From the human T2T-CHM13v2.0 reference genome, Homo sapiens: a stretch of 64,000 bases of DNA. Shown piece after piece: positions 1 through 12,792 of the stretch. The stretch lies in NCBI RefSeq assembly GCF_009914755.1, contig NC_060932.1. One strand, 5' to 3'. The notes under the pieces are model-generated. The model was not told the DNA's origin, searched no databases, and worked only from the letters and a program-made list of their open reading frames with translations. The position numbers and the translations under genes were made by a program. Positions within the stretch are counted from its first letter, which is position 1, and each line of letters begins with the position of its first letter.

Positions 1-98
1 GGACCCAAGTGAGGTTAGAGAGAAACAAAGTAAGAACAAAAAAAAAAAAAAAAAGAAAGAAAGAAAAGGAAATAGAGACTTGTAGGAGGGAACATAAT

Positions 99-289
99 TT
101 TTTTTTAAATTTTATTATTATTATACTTTAAGTTTTAGGGTACATGTGCACAGCGTGCAGATTCGTTACATATGTATACATGTGCCATGTTGGTGTGCTG
201 CACCCATTAACTTGTTATTTAGGATTAGGTATATCTCCTAATGCTATCCCTCCCCCCTCCCCCCACCCCACATCAGTCCCCAGTGTGTG
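99..289 (-). mobile_element. 5'-truncated L1PA 3' end (~190 bp)
   Basis: Reverse complement of the L1PA 3'UTR (tttaagttttagggtacatgtgcac...ctaatgctatccctccccc) with a T-rich tail; imperfect TSD gaacata(c)aattttt on both sides. Confidence 0.92.
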
Positions 290-502
290 AAGAACATACA
301 ATTTTTTTTCAGCTGTCCAGTTTCCATCCCCTTTGAGTTCTTTTCCTCCTACAGATGGCCCATGGCTGTAACTACTACCAAATTCACAGAGGTACACTAG
401 TGCCCAGCTCTCACTGTCTTGAGCAATCCTGAAGAATTACAAAATCCCTTCCCTCTCAGCTCAGCTGGAATTGGTGAAACTCTCAAAAGAGCATTAGATT
501 AG

Positions 503-582
503 GTAGATAGATAGACAGACAGACAGACAGATTAGATAGATGATAGATAGATGATAGATAGATAGATAGATAGATAGATAGA
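503..582. repeat. Compound (GATA)n/(GACA)n tetranucleotide microsatellite
   Basis: Directly visible: tagatagatagacagacagacagacagattagatagatgatagat... Confidence 0.95.
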
Positions 583-1424
583 AACAGTCAGTGTCTACAG
601 ATACATAAAAATGAGCAAGTTGATGAGGTCCTGGTGCTTCAGTCTAATTTAACTAAAGACTAGCCACAGTAAAGAATGCAGACTACACAAGCCCAGCTAC
701 TTAGAAACTTCCAATAGCTCCCCCTTTCCAAATCTTTCATATTTTTCCATCCCGCTTTGTCCTTGGCACATTCACCCTTCCTAGGGGAGAGGAACATTTT
801 GAATGCTTACTATGTGAAACCACTTGTATTCATCAGACATCTTCTTGTTATAAGTGAAATACTAACTCAAAATAGCTCAGAAGCAAAAAAGATAAACATT
901 GATCCTTCAACTAAAGCTTGAAAAGGCAGGAGAGATTGCAGCCTCCTGGCTCTGCATCTGTCCTCGCACCTGAGTCCAGGTTGGGGCTCATTCTCTTGGG
1001 TTCCTTTGCAGGGAGAGCTGAAGCCACCAACTGTTCTGGAAGCCCTGGTTTTAGGAGTGGTAAACAAAGAGAAAAGGAGATAGGTTGTCAGCCCAGCTTC
1101 AGAATGAAGATCTTGGGGAAGGACTCCAAGAGGCTGGACATGGACAATGTGCTTTATCCTCGACCAGCATCACAGCCAAAGACCAGGATGAGTCAAGTAT
1201 GTGGGTCCCCGCCCTGGTCTGCAGCTGAGGGAATGGGGTGTTGGGTGGGCAACTTTGCAAGCAATAATAATGAGAGTGGAGGTGGATTTATACACAGGAG
1301 GAATTGGGGGTAATAGCACTCAGAAAAACGGGAACATGAGCCCCACAAACGTGAAACAATGGATGTTCACTGAAGTATTGGAATGCATCATTTCATGTAA
1401 TCCTCAGGCCAACACTAACATTTA

Positions 1425-1527
1425 ACAAGCTCAGTGAGGCGGGGCTCTGGGTGTGTTTCACATTGTATCCATGGTAGCTGGAATAGTACCTGGCTCATAG
1501 CAGATCCTCAAATATGTACTGAGTGAA
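1425..1527 (+). mobile_element. L2 3'-end fragment
   Basis: aagctc...tgtttcac...tagtacctggctcatagcagatcctcaaatatgtactgagtgaa resembles the L2 3' terminus. Confidence 0.6.
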
Positions 1528-2402
1528 AGTGAGCTTCCTGCTATTACGAAGCCCATTTTATGAGGCTTCGCAGGGTGAAAGAACGGGCAGAAGGAGAGTA
1601 TTTGACCTCAGGGCTGTCTGGCCTGCTTCTCCCTCCTTGCACCCCATGGAATTGTCCCCTGCCGGGCAGTGCCATGGGCTCTCTGATCATCACAGGTTTG
1701 CATTTTGCAGCCAGATCCAGGCTCCACACGAGGGCCTGTCCAATAGAGCCCTTCCTTGTCTCTGAGAAAGCAAGAAAGAAAAGTGCAGCAGACGAGACCA
1801 GCTGAGGTGCAAGGCAGGCCGGGCAGGAGATGGAGGATGGGGAAAAAAATTAGAACCAACCCTGTGGAAACCTGCCCTGGTCTCCTGAGCAGGTGCCAGG
1901 CAGGCCAGGGCATGGCATCTGGGGCCCCTGTTGGATTTAGAAGTAGTCCAGGTAGCTGTCAGGATCCAAGTGACACAGGGAGGAGGATGGGACAGCTGGT
2001 GACACTAGATATCAGGTTGATGGAGGCATTTTTGGAGCAAAGGAGTTATTTGAGAGCAGGATTCTAGCCACATGAATAGGACTCAGGCATGGTGACCAGG
2101 CCACAACCAAATCAGCTGGGGTCCAAGTAGGAGTCGCCAATGTCAGTGAGAAGCTGAGGTGCCGGGCAAGACCGCTGAGGCAGAGGCAGCATGGTAGCAC
2201 AAGGCCATGGATTGTCTATCAGTGGGTGCCCAGAGCGCACCCTGATATACTGAATAGGAAAGTAACAACCAGATTCATTCCAGACTCTTCCCCTAACTAC
2301 ACACACACATATACAGCAGCTCCTGTTGCGAAGGCTGAGAAAAAAAGGGAGTGACAGAAGAAAGCAAGAAAAAAATCACATTGGAGTCAAAAGGAGCAGG
2401 CA

Positions 2403-2702
2403 GGCTGGGCGTGGTGTCTCCTGCATGTAATGTCAGCACTTTGAGAGGCCAAGGTGGGCGGATCACTTGAGGTCAGGGGTTCTAGACCAACCTGGTCAAC
2501 ATGACAAAATTCTGTCTCTACCAAAAATACAAAAATTAGCCAGCCATCATGGCGTGCACCTGTAATCTCAGCTACTCGGGAGGCTGAGGCAGAAGAATTG
2601 CTTAAACTAGAGAGGTGGAGGTTGCAGTGAACTGAGATCGCACCACTGCACCCCAGCCTGAATGACAGAGTAGGACTCCATCTCAAAAAAAAAAAAAAAA
2701 AA
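2403..2702 (+). mobile_element. Full-length Alu (AluS-type)
   Basis: Dimeric Alu with A-rich linker and poly(A) tail; TSD-like agcaggca on both flanks. Confidence 0.96.
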
Positions 2703-3139
2703 GCAGGCAAAACCCACGCTTCTGGGTAGTGGGGTAGTTTTGGCTGCTTCTATGTCTCTCTCTTCCCCTAGCCAGGCCTCTGTGGAACTGCCCCACCCTA
2801 CCCCACCTTTTTCCTCTTGCCCACCTCATGGCTGGCATTGTACATCTCAACTTCTTTTAATTTTCCAAAGTCAGACACTGCGATTGCCCCGCAGCTGCAC
2901 ATGTGAATCCCCTCCTGTCCACAGCCAGCTCCGCCCAAGTATCAGTCTGGGGAAATCTGGAAACTGAGCCCCTGACACTGTACTTTTGGGCCAAGCCCTT
3001 GCTGGGCTCCTGGCAGGACCGAGCCTGCCCCTGTGCACATGCACCCTTCACAGTGAGGAGTGCTGTCTCAGTATCCTGGGGTGACGTGGAATGGAAGAGT
3101 CTCTGCGGTCGGCTTTGGAAAAAAATAAAGCAAGAAGCT

Positions 3140-3690
3140 GGAATATCATTAGTGTTTAACTCCTCTCTCTCCATTACTCGCCATTAAACCAATGAGAGGA
3201 CCCAGTGTCCATGTCGGCTCATACTTTAGAAACTGGATTCAGCCACCGAGAGCTGATAAGTGCTGATAATTGGCTGCCCCAGAGGAGCTGTGGAGGCTGC
3301 TGCTTCCCAGGAGAGCTGTCCCACAGCTCTAAGGGCAGGAGGCCCTGCCCTAGCCCTGTGCCTCCTGGCCTGCTGTCCCCAGGGGCCTGGCCTCTGGTCG
3401 TCACAGAGCCAACGCTGGCCTTGCGCAGCAGTGGAGCCTCCCTTGCCTGCAGAGCTATGCCTGCTGAGCTAACAGAAAAGCAGGGGGTGGGGGCGCAGAG
3501 CTATTAGCTCGTCTGAAGAGTGTCCCTCGATCAAATAAATGAACTGCACTGTTTACTGTGTAAACTTGGACTGAAGCAGCCGCACTGAGCGGGGTTCATA
3601 ACAAGGGCTGTTAATATTTATGGCTGACACTGGTGGCTCCTACTGACACAATAATGAGCCCATCACCCCCTGAGCTGGATTCGCTACCAC
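3140..3690. promoter_or_regulatory. Candidate enhancer (non-repetitive, motif-dense)
   Basis: Tandem TGATAA sites near 3255-3270; inverted FOX pair gtttac-tgt-gtaaac at 3551-3565; TTTATGG directly followed by TGACA at 3617-3629. Confidence 0.4.
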
Positions 3691-4899
3691 CTTCCAGCAG
3701 ATGCAGAGGGCAGGAGGGAGGACTGGGGTCGTCGGATGGGTGATATATGCCTAGCAGTACCCAAAGCCTTCCTGATCTGGATCTCAGAGTCTATGCAAGA
3801 TGTAGAAGTGACTGCTGAGCACCCGCTGTGCACAGATCATTAAGCCAGTGCTGAAGAGGTAAGCGCTTCTAGGAAACCACTGAGTAACCAGAGGAATGAG
3901 TGCTACCAGAGGGTTGAGGTTCAAGCTGGAGTTGGCCCCTCATCCCTGGGTTAGATCCCCGAGTAGAAGGATATGGCTTCCGAGATGAACAGCCTCAGCT
4001 CTGGGAAGCTAGGGTGATCTTTACATAGAGAATGTGGCTCCCAGGACTGGGGGGCTCAGAGTCTCTCCTGAAAAACTGTCTCATTCTTCCCTAAAGAGCC
4101 TCCCTGAGCTCTTCTCCAGCTCTCTCCTGGACCAGGAGGTCTAATTTGAAGCCCTCAAAGCTGGTGAGAATGGGCTGGCAGGAGAGGAGGCAGCAAGGGA
4201 GACAGAAGACCCCTGAGCGAGCTTAGTGGCTGCACACTGAGGCTTTGGTCCTCCCTTGAAGTGGTTGACCTAGGGGCCCTAGGGGCAGCTGCTCTCCCTG
4301 GGTGGGCCAGGCGCTGATCCTAAGCACCCAGGACACTTTCTGGCCTAAGTGATCCACTCTGACTCTAGGCCTGCTCTGCCAGCCCCACTAACTCTGTGAT
4401 GTTGGGCAAAGAACTTTCCTTCCCTGGCCTGATTCCATTTTTGCACAAGCAGGGATTTGGGCTAGATAGGAGTCATTAGCTTGTCGTAATCTAACCTGAA
4501 TGGCTTGAAGAAGCCAGACCCGGGATATGTACATGCATGGAGAAAAGGAGCAAGGGGGAGGGGAGTGCCAACCAAGGCACTTTGGTCCAAGGCCAGGCTT
4601 CTTGGGGTCCAAGAACCCCCAAAGTGTAGGCCACAGCATATGTGTGCATATAGCATTCATTATTCTTAAGTAGCTCAGAAACAGTTCAGAATCACTGCAT
4701 GCAACCCTAAGGTTCTTTCAAATTCTGAGATCCTCTAGTTCTAAAACTCCCACACCCCATGGAACTCCCTCCCTGAGTTACGTTATGGATGGGGTTGTCC
4801 GAGTCTCTCTGCATGTGCAGTGGGGCAGCCTTCAGGAGTGGAGAGATCATAGGGGCTGGCACCCACGTGGTGGATTCACATAGTACAAGATTGAGGGCA

Positions 4900-5222
4900 C
4901 AGCTTTTGGAGTTAGACCTGAATTGGAATCTGAACTCTCTGATTACAGTGATGTCTGTAAGTCTTTGTCTCTTCATCTGTGAAATTGGCATAATAATGCA
5001 GGGTGACTCTATATCTGAAAACACAGGTGAATACATAATGAGCCATTTGTAGATAGTACATTACAGTCTGTGATAAAATAACACTAACTGTGTGTTTCGA
5101 TTGCATAGCCACTTCCTAGTAGCATCTACATCAGAGGGTGGTTTAGAGGATTCTATGCAATGATGAATACAAATTCCCTGGCACAATGCATGTGCCAATA
5201 AATGTTACCAATAGTAATGATT
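4900..5222 (+). mobile_element. MIR fragments
   Basis: cttcatctgtgaaattggcataataat core; 3' part ...cctggcacaatg...caataaatgttacc. Confidence 0.6.
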
Positions 5223-7885
5223 ATCGTAACGTTTATCTCTGTGCCATGCAGATCAGTGTCCTGGGCTAACGCTCTCTGTTCACCTCTTGTCTCCGCCAGG
5301 CAGTGCCTCTGATTATGAGCGCACCCTCAAGTTCGCCCAAAGTGCAGTGTGGAGGGAGGATTCCTGAATTTGGAGGCCTCAGTGGGAACAGATAGACCCA
5401 AGAGGAAACAAACTAGGAGTCCAGTCAAGCCACTGGAGGCCCAGAGGATGTTGCAAGGACAGCAGACATGTGGTTTAGAGGAACAGGGGGCAGACAGGCA
5501 GCAGAGTCCAGCAATAGCTGAGACAATGGTACAAGGGAGGCTGCCTAATTTATAGCACCCCACGGTCCCCAAGTGCTGATTGTGGCCCAAGAGGAGTCAG
5601 AGACCAGCAGGTGAGTTCTATTCTTGATTGCTGCAGGTTCACAGGTGCTGTGGTTGCTTCTCAGCAGGGCGGTGGGTGGGGTGGCCAAAGTAAAAGCAAT
5701 GCAAATGGTGTGGGCAGCTAAGCAGCATTTCCAAGAGCAGAGAGGACCCGATTCTCCTGCAGACCTGGGTCTGCAGATGCTGCTCTTTCCCCATCATTCT
5801 TTCATTAAAGTGGAGCCAGGAACTTTGCGGAGGTGGGGCATAGTAGCGGTTGGGTAGAGATGCTTATAGCGAAGCTAGAAGGTCTCTCCTGAGTTCTTCA
5901 AATTAGAGTCAGATCCCTCAGGGCTCAGGCAGACGTAAAGTTTGGAAGGAGGGGAGGCTGTTTGATGGATGGAAAGAATAAAAAAATCTATTAGCAGTGC
6001 TTTGAGCTCTTTAGAGAACAGTTCCTGAGGAAGCCAAGTAAATAACTTCCTGATACCCAAGATTTGTTAATTAAGCACTTTGAACAGGCTCTGGGAGGAG
6101 GGGCAGACAACTGTAGAATCCGACTTCTGAGTCTCCCAGTCTCAGGAGAGACGGCACATGTCTCAGTGGCTCGAGGTGTCGCCCAGCCTCCGTGTAAGGG
6201 ATGGGGCTGCTTCACTACAGGAGGGAGGCCTGGTGCACGGTGGAACCCCATGTAGAGACGACAGGGCAGGGCCTGAGTTGTGCACACAGTGGCACATGTG
6301 TTGTGCTATCCTTCTTGACTCCATGAGCTGTGTATCATGGAGAGACAGCAACAGCTGACCTGTCTAGGAGAAAAGCCACCTGGCCTCACCCAAGGGGATT
6401 CTAGGGAGGAATGTTTGCCTGTGGATGCCAGCATCTGTGCAGGGGTGCATCGTGCATCTGGTTTAAGCCCAGGAGACCCTGGGCTCCTCTTCTGACGTGC
6501 ACATACTCCTGGGAAAAGTAATGCATGGAATCGCGCTGTCTTCTTTAAGGGGGGTTGTTCAGATCCGAGAGTTCCTTGATGGGAAAAAGGGGGCCAAAGA
6601 GGAGAAAGAGAAGGCAGCACTAAGAGGAAGAGGAAGGGAGGGAGCTGGAGGCTGCTCCTCCCCCTAGCCTGAGGGAGGCAGACACCAAACCTCACCCCGG
6701 AACCCCTCAGCCTGCTCAGGGGCCTGAAGCTTGCTCCAGAAGAGGCCCAAGGAAGAGAGAAAAGAGGAGAAGGAGCTGGGGACAGAGAATAGAACTCCTG
6801 AGGGCTGATACTAACAACTTGCTTGCTTTTTTCTCCCTGAGGGGTCTTCAGGCAAATCCAATCTGGGCCACTGTCCTGGTTCTGGGGAGTAGACCTAGAT
6901 GAGCCGCTCATTCTCCTCCAACACCCCTCCCATCTTCATCAGGTGGCTTTCCTGTGTGGTCCCATCCACTTGATGTCATTCCTATAAAGGGCTATGAAAA
7001 ATAAATGTCTAGTCAATGGAATCCTCATCTGGAGGAGTCATGGAGGGGAAGGAATCCTGGGTAGGTCCCTTGTATGGAAGAGAAAAATCCTTAAAGTAAC
7101 ATGAATGTGTCCAGCCTGGCTGCCACCCCAAATCACCCAGGTCTAACTCTGCCAGCCCTTCCCAGACAGTAGGCTGAGTCTCGTCCCCATGCAAGAATCA
7201 TGAGTTACCCTGACTCCAGGCTTGTGGGAAATTCCCCATCTCTACCAGGTGGAAACCTAGCCTCTCCATCACAGCCTGAGAGAGAGGCCTCGCACCCAGC
7301 ACCACATCCCACAGTTCTGGGGCTGCACAAAGCCAGACAAGTTTGAAGACAAAGAGAAGGAACTCTCCTTTCTTCATGTGGAAGACACATGCACACATAA
7401 GCCTAGCTGAGGACATGATAAGGAAAAGCTCATGGACGTTCTCAGATGGGGTTGGCAATGTCCAGCTGTGTCATGCTGAGTCCCTGGGCACTGAAGAGGG
7501 TGGTTGGTGGGAGAGGACGCTGGTAGCTGGGAAGACCTGGGTGAAATCTGAGTTGGTCATGGGCATTGTCCCTGTCTGTCCATACTCTGTACAGCGTCGC
7601 CCCCAGTAAGGCCCAGGATGGGGCTCCTCCACAGCAGATGGGCAGAAGAAAAGTGCAGGGGAAGCACACAGAGCCAGGGGGCTCAGGAGGGAGGGAAGCT
7701 GTCATTTCCTCACCCATTCCTTTCTGTGTGGTTCTAGTCCAGGCTGTCGATGCTGTCCTTTGTGTTTCTGGCTGAGAGGAGGTTGTCTGTCTCCTGTTCC
7801 CGCCTTTGCTTTCTGCACCTAACTTTCCCCCAGCCTCAGCTTCCTCCCTACCTCTGCCACCTTATTTATTCCCCATAGTGACTGA

Positions 7886-8119
<234 letters not shown>

Positions 8120-10055
8120 TGAAGACCACTCTGCCTGGGAAGTGCAGAGCCTGGATATGCATGCAGTTTCCTGACAGGGAAGCTCCAGTTTTTCCGCTGT
8201 TATGCACACTGCACCTGTGGTACACTCTGGAAGATCTTGCCATTGGGCCTTCTCTAAATTTGTCCTTCCAAGACTGCTGCCCCGGTCTCAGACTCATAAT
8301 TCCACTTTCCCTTAAAGGTGAGGCTGGGGTTTAGAGTAAGAAGCAAAGTGGTCTGGATGGGCAAGGTCCACTACCCTATCTGGGAGAGGAGGAAACTTTC
8401 GTGTGTGATGTGCCCAGGAGTACTGCAGAATCAATAACCACGGACTCCTCTGAACCTCCAAGACATAAGCCATTCCTGTTGTTTGAGGTACCGTGGGCCA
8501 TAAGCATGGGCAGAAGGGCAATCTCTTTAAAACCATCAAGAGCAACTACGTATCGTTCCAAGATTGAAAGACCAGTATGGCTAAGATGTAAATTCTCTCA
8601 AATTTGTCTATGGATTCCACACAATCACAGTCAAAATTCAAGCAGACTTTTTTTAAAAATAGAATTTGACAAGCTGGTACTAAAATGTGTATAGCAATGC
8701 AAAACATCTAAAATAGCCCAAATGATTTTGAAAAAGAACTGGGTTGGAGAACCCACCCTCGCTGATTTTAAGACCTACTGAAGAGCTATTTTACTCAAGA
8801 CTGCATAGCGCTGGCATAGGGTTGACTTATATATCAATGAGGCAGAATAGAGAGTCAAGAAATAGACCCATACATGTATGTCTAATTTATTCTCAACAGA
8901 GGAGGCAAGACAATTTGATGAATGAAAGGAAAATCTTTTCAACAAACTGTGCTGGAACAACTAAAAGTCCATGCAGAAAAGAAAAAAAAAAAGAACCAAG
9001 AAACTTTATCCTTACTTTATCCTCACCACACTGAAAATTTGACTTGAAGTGGATTTAAACCTAAATATGAAAGCCAACTGTAGACTTTTAGAAAAAGCTG
9101 TAGGAGAAAACCTTCACAATCTTGAGTTAGGCAGATATTTCTTAGGACACAAAGAGCATAAACTGTTCACAAAAAACTGTGATAAATTGAACTTTATCAA
9201 AATTTAGAACTTCTGCTCTTTGAAAACTACCATTATGAAAAGACAAGCTGCAGATCAGAAGAAGATATTTATATTACATATATCTGACAACTTATATCTG
9301 AAATATATAAAGAACTCTTACAACTTAATAAGACAACTTAATAAGACAACTTAATAAAAATATTAGCACATGATTTCACAGACACCTCCCAAAAGAGGAT
9401 ATAGAAATGCTGTATAAGCCCATGAAAAGATGCTCAACATCATTAGTTCATCAGAAGAAGTGTCAATTAAAACTATGGATACTATTACACACACCCTGGA
9501 ATAGTTAAAAAGACTAATCATCCTTAGTATTACTTAGTATCCGGAGCAATAATCACACAAATGATGCTGCTATGAATGTAAAATGGTACAACTACTTTTG
9601 AAAACAGTTTGAGAGTTTCTAATAAGGTTAAACATAAATTTACCATATGAGATGCCAACTGGACACTTAAGTATTTAGCAAAGTAAAAGGAAAACAAATG
9701 TCCCCACAAAGACTTAAACAGGAAGTACAAAGCACACCATAGCTCCAAACTGCTGTGTCATAATAGCTTCAAACACATGTCAATCAACAGGTGAATGAAT
9801 AAACAAGCTGTAACCTGGAGCTTCACAGCTTGACTTAAATTCAGCCATGTCAGGAATCATCTTTTTAAATTACAAACATAGGTTTGTAATGTCATACTCC
9901 TTAGCAATTTAGAAAGATGAGCTCATGATGCATTCAGCAATGTGGATTACTCACACCACATTCTGCTGTGTGAAATAAGCCAGGCATAAAACAGTACACA
10001 TCATAAGGTTCTGTTCATATCAATCTCTAGAAAAGACTGATCAACCATTACAGCA

Positions 10056-10941
10056 ATTATAAATAGTGCTGCAATGAACATACATGTGCATGTATCTTTG
10101 TAATAGAATGATTTCTATTTCTTTGGGTATATACCCAGGAATGGGATTGCTGGATCAAATGTTATTCCTGTTTCTAGATGTTTGAGGAATCGCCATACTG
10201 TCTTCCACAATGGTTGAACTAATTTACATTCCCAGCAATAATGTAAAAGCATTCTTATTTCTCTGCAACCTCACCAGCATCTGTTGCTTCTTGACTTTTT
10301 AGTAATGGCCATTATGTCTGGCGTGAGATGGTAATTTATTGTGGCTTTGATTTGCATTTCTCTAATGATCAGTGATGTTGAGCTTTTTTTCATGTTTGTT
10401 GGCTGCATGAATGTCTTCTTTTGAGAAGTTTCTGTTCATGTCCTTTGCCCACTTTTTGATGGGACTGTTTTTTTGTTCTTGTAAATTTGTTTAACTTCCT
10501 TGTAGATTCTGGATATTAGATCTTTGTCTGATAGATTGCAAAAATTTTCTCCCACTCTGTGGTACACATACACATGGAATACTATGAAGCCATGAAAAGC
10601 AATGAGATCATATTCTTTGCAGGCATGTGGATGGAGCTGGAAGCCATTATCCTCAGCAAACTAAATGCAGGAACAGAAAACCATACACCACATGTTCTCA
10701 CTTATAAGTGGGAGCTGAACAATGAGAACACATGGACACAGGGAGGGGAACAACACACACTGAGGTTTGTTGGGGGGCAGAGGGAGGGGAGAGAGAGGAT
10801 TAGAAAAAAATAGCTAACGTATACTGGGCTTAATAGCTAGGTGATGTGTTGATAAGTGCAGCAAACCACAGTGGCACATCATGTTTACCTATGTAACAAA
10901 CCTGCACATCCTGCACATATACCCTGGAACATAAAAATAAA
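10056..10941 (+). mobile_element. 5'-inverted (twin-primed) older L1PA insertion
   Basis: 10056-10557 is antisense L1 ORF2 end; 10558-10941 is sense 3'UTR with a short A tail; TSD-like t(t/c)acagcaa flanks. Confidence 0.88.
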
Positions 10942-11040
10942 GTCACAGCAAACAGATCAGGGTTGTCTAGAGCCAGGAGTGGAAACTGATTGTGTAAAGG
11001 CACAAGAAAACATTTTGAGATAATAAAAATATCCTACACT

Positions 11041-11185
11041 TTTTTAAAATTTATTTTTATTTTTAATAGAGACAAGGTCTCACTGTATTGCTGAGTCTGG
11101 CCTCAAACTCCTAGGATCAAGCAATCCTCCTACCTCGATCTCCCAAAGTGTTAGGATTACAGAGGTGAGCCACTGTAACCAGCCC
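11041..11185 (-). mobile_element. Alu left monomer (FLAM-type)
   Basis: agagacaaggtctcactgtattg...cccaaagtgttaggattacagaggtgagccactgtaaccagcc. Confidence 0.88.
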
Positions 11186-11404
11186 TGATATTTTATATAT
11201 CTTGATTGTAGTGGTGGATGTAAAGATATATACATTTATGTGAGTATACACATATATACATATATCTGAATATATATTTGTATTATGTACTCATCAAAAT
11301 GAACATTTGAAGTGTGTGCATTTTATTGTATGTAAGCTATAACTCACTAAAGTTGTTGTAAAAAGACAACATATATCAAGTCTTTCTGACCTGCTTGCTT
11401 CTAA

Positions 11405-11940
11405 CTACTACAGTTCCCACTGCACTTAAAGCCTAGACTTGTCACCGCATTCTACAGGGCCCTGCATGGTCTGGTGCCATCTCTCACCACTGTTTCCAAG
11501 GTCATTGTCTTCCAGGCACACTTGCCTGCTGTTATTCCCTTCTGTGGCCCTCCCCACAGGTAGCGCCCCTGCCTAGACTGCTCTATGCTCAGCTCTGTGT
11601 CCCTTGCCTATAGGGTCACCACCCCGATAGTTCTCTACTTAGCCTTTGCTCTGAGTCATCATCATTAGCTCCCCAATTTAAATGTTGTCCCTCTACTATA
11701 TTTGTCCACGACACTCTCTTCCTACCTAGGCCTTATCACAATTTGTACATACATGTGAATTAATGTGGTGTCCTCTTTTTAAATGTTTTTCCTACCCTAG
11801 ACTGTAAGATCAAAACAGGACCAAGTTTGCTTTGTCCCCTACTGCATCCCTAGCATCTAGCAATGTCCCTGCAGATAGTCGAGTCTCCGTAAATATTTGG
11901 TAGATAAAAGGATGGACAAATGGATAAATCAGTGAATCAA
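11405..11940 (+). mobile_element. L2 3' fragments
   Basis: ccctagactgtaagatc...tgcatccctagcatctagca...taaatatttggtagat matches the L2 terminus. Confidence 0.65.
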
Positions 11941-12176
11941 TATTTTTCTTTAGGAAGTTGTTAGGAATCAGTGGATCACTATGGTGAGGGCTACATGTGG
12001 TGGAATAAAGGACTCAGCCTTGGGTATCAGGCCCTGGCTCTCTCACTAATGCACAGAACAGATTGGATTCACTAGATTGGGGTTGGGGGCCGGGAATTCT
12101 AACATTTAACAAGGGCCCCAGGGTAATTATGGTGTAAGAATGTATGATAATAACTAGGTAAGCGTATATATCTATA

Positions 12177-12179
<3 letters not shown>

Positions 12180-12218
<39 letters not shown>
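12180..12218. repeat. (TA)n microsatellite
   Basis: Directly visible. Confidence 0.95.
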
Positions 12219-12220
<2 letters not shown>

Positions 12221-12400
12221 CTGTAAACACTTGCAAATCCATATGTAGAGATTTTTGAGCCATCATTTCAAAAAATGCAATTCCTTTTACTCATTTATCT
12301 GTATCTTCTCACTCAACAATTCCTTGTAGAATCCCTCTAAGTTGCTTGACATGCTATTATTCTTTCCTCTTTATTAATAGATACAAGATACAGTGCAGGG

Positions 12401-12792
12401 TGTGTAGTGGTTGTTAGTGCTATTCACCAATACTTTTTTTTTTTCTTCTCTTCCAGACACATGGTAGAATTGCACTTCCTGGCTCACCTTTGGCTGAATG
12501 GGGCCATGTGACTAGTCATAGCCAAGGAATTATGACTTCTGCCTTGAAGCATTTAATCACCTGGTTCGAGACCCTCCAGAACTCATTTCCCCATGGCACA
12601 GCAACTGGAAATATTTAAGGTAATAGTTGTTCCATCAGCCTGGGTCCCTGAATGACCCTGAGGAATAGAGTCCTTTACTGGCTTGACTTGGACATATAGT
12701 ATGAGCAATCAATCCATTGTTATTGTTTTAAGTTATTAAGCTTTTGGAGTTGTTTATTCCATATCAACAAGCAGCCTAGCCTAACTGAAATA
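12401..12792 (+). mobile_element. MLT1I/J-type MaLR solo LTR
   Basis: tgctattcaccaata...cacatggtagaattgcacttcc...ggccatgtgactag...cctagcctaactga. Confidence 0.75.

Larger units (their letters stand above)
8560..11365 (+). mobile_element. Old L1M (L1MC/ME-type) ORF2 3' region plus 3'UTR, interrupted by an L1PA and a FLAM
   Basis: Degenerate ORF2 C-terminal sequence (aaatagacccatacatgtatg; gaaaagatgctcaacatcattag) and 3' end ttttattgtatgtaagctataactcactaaagttg. Confidence 0.8.

Noticed and set aside
2387-2710. Alu-derived ORFs (also 25205, 49816, 52557)
   Set aside because: Standard Alu translation artefacts
6306-6911. 201-aa minus-strand ORF
   Set aside because: Low-complexity S/P/L-rich translation of a purine-rich strand, with no recognisable domain or exon structure
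11552-11568. CTCF-like motif cccacaggtagcgc
   Set aside because: Three mismatches to the core consensus and lies within an L2 relic
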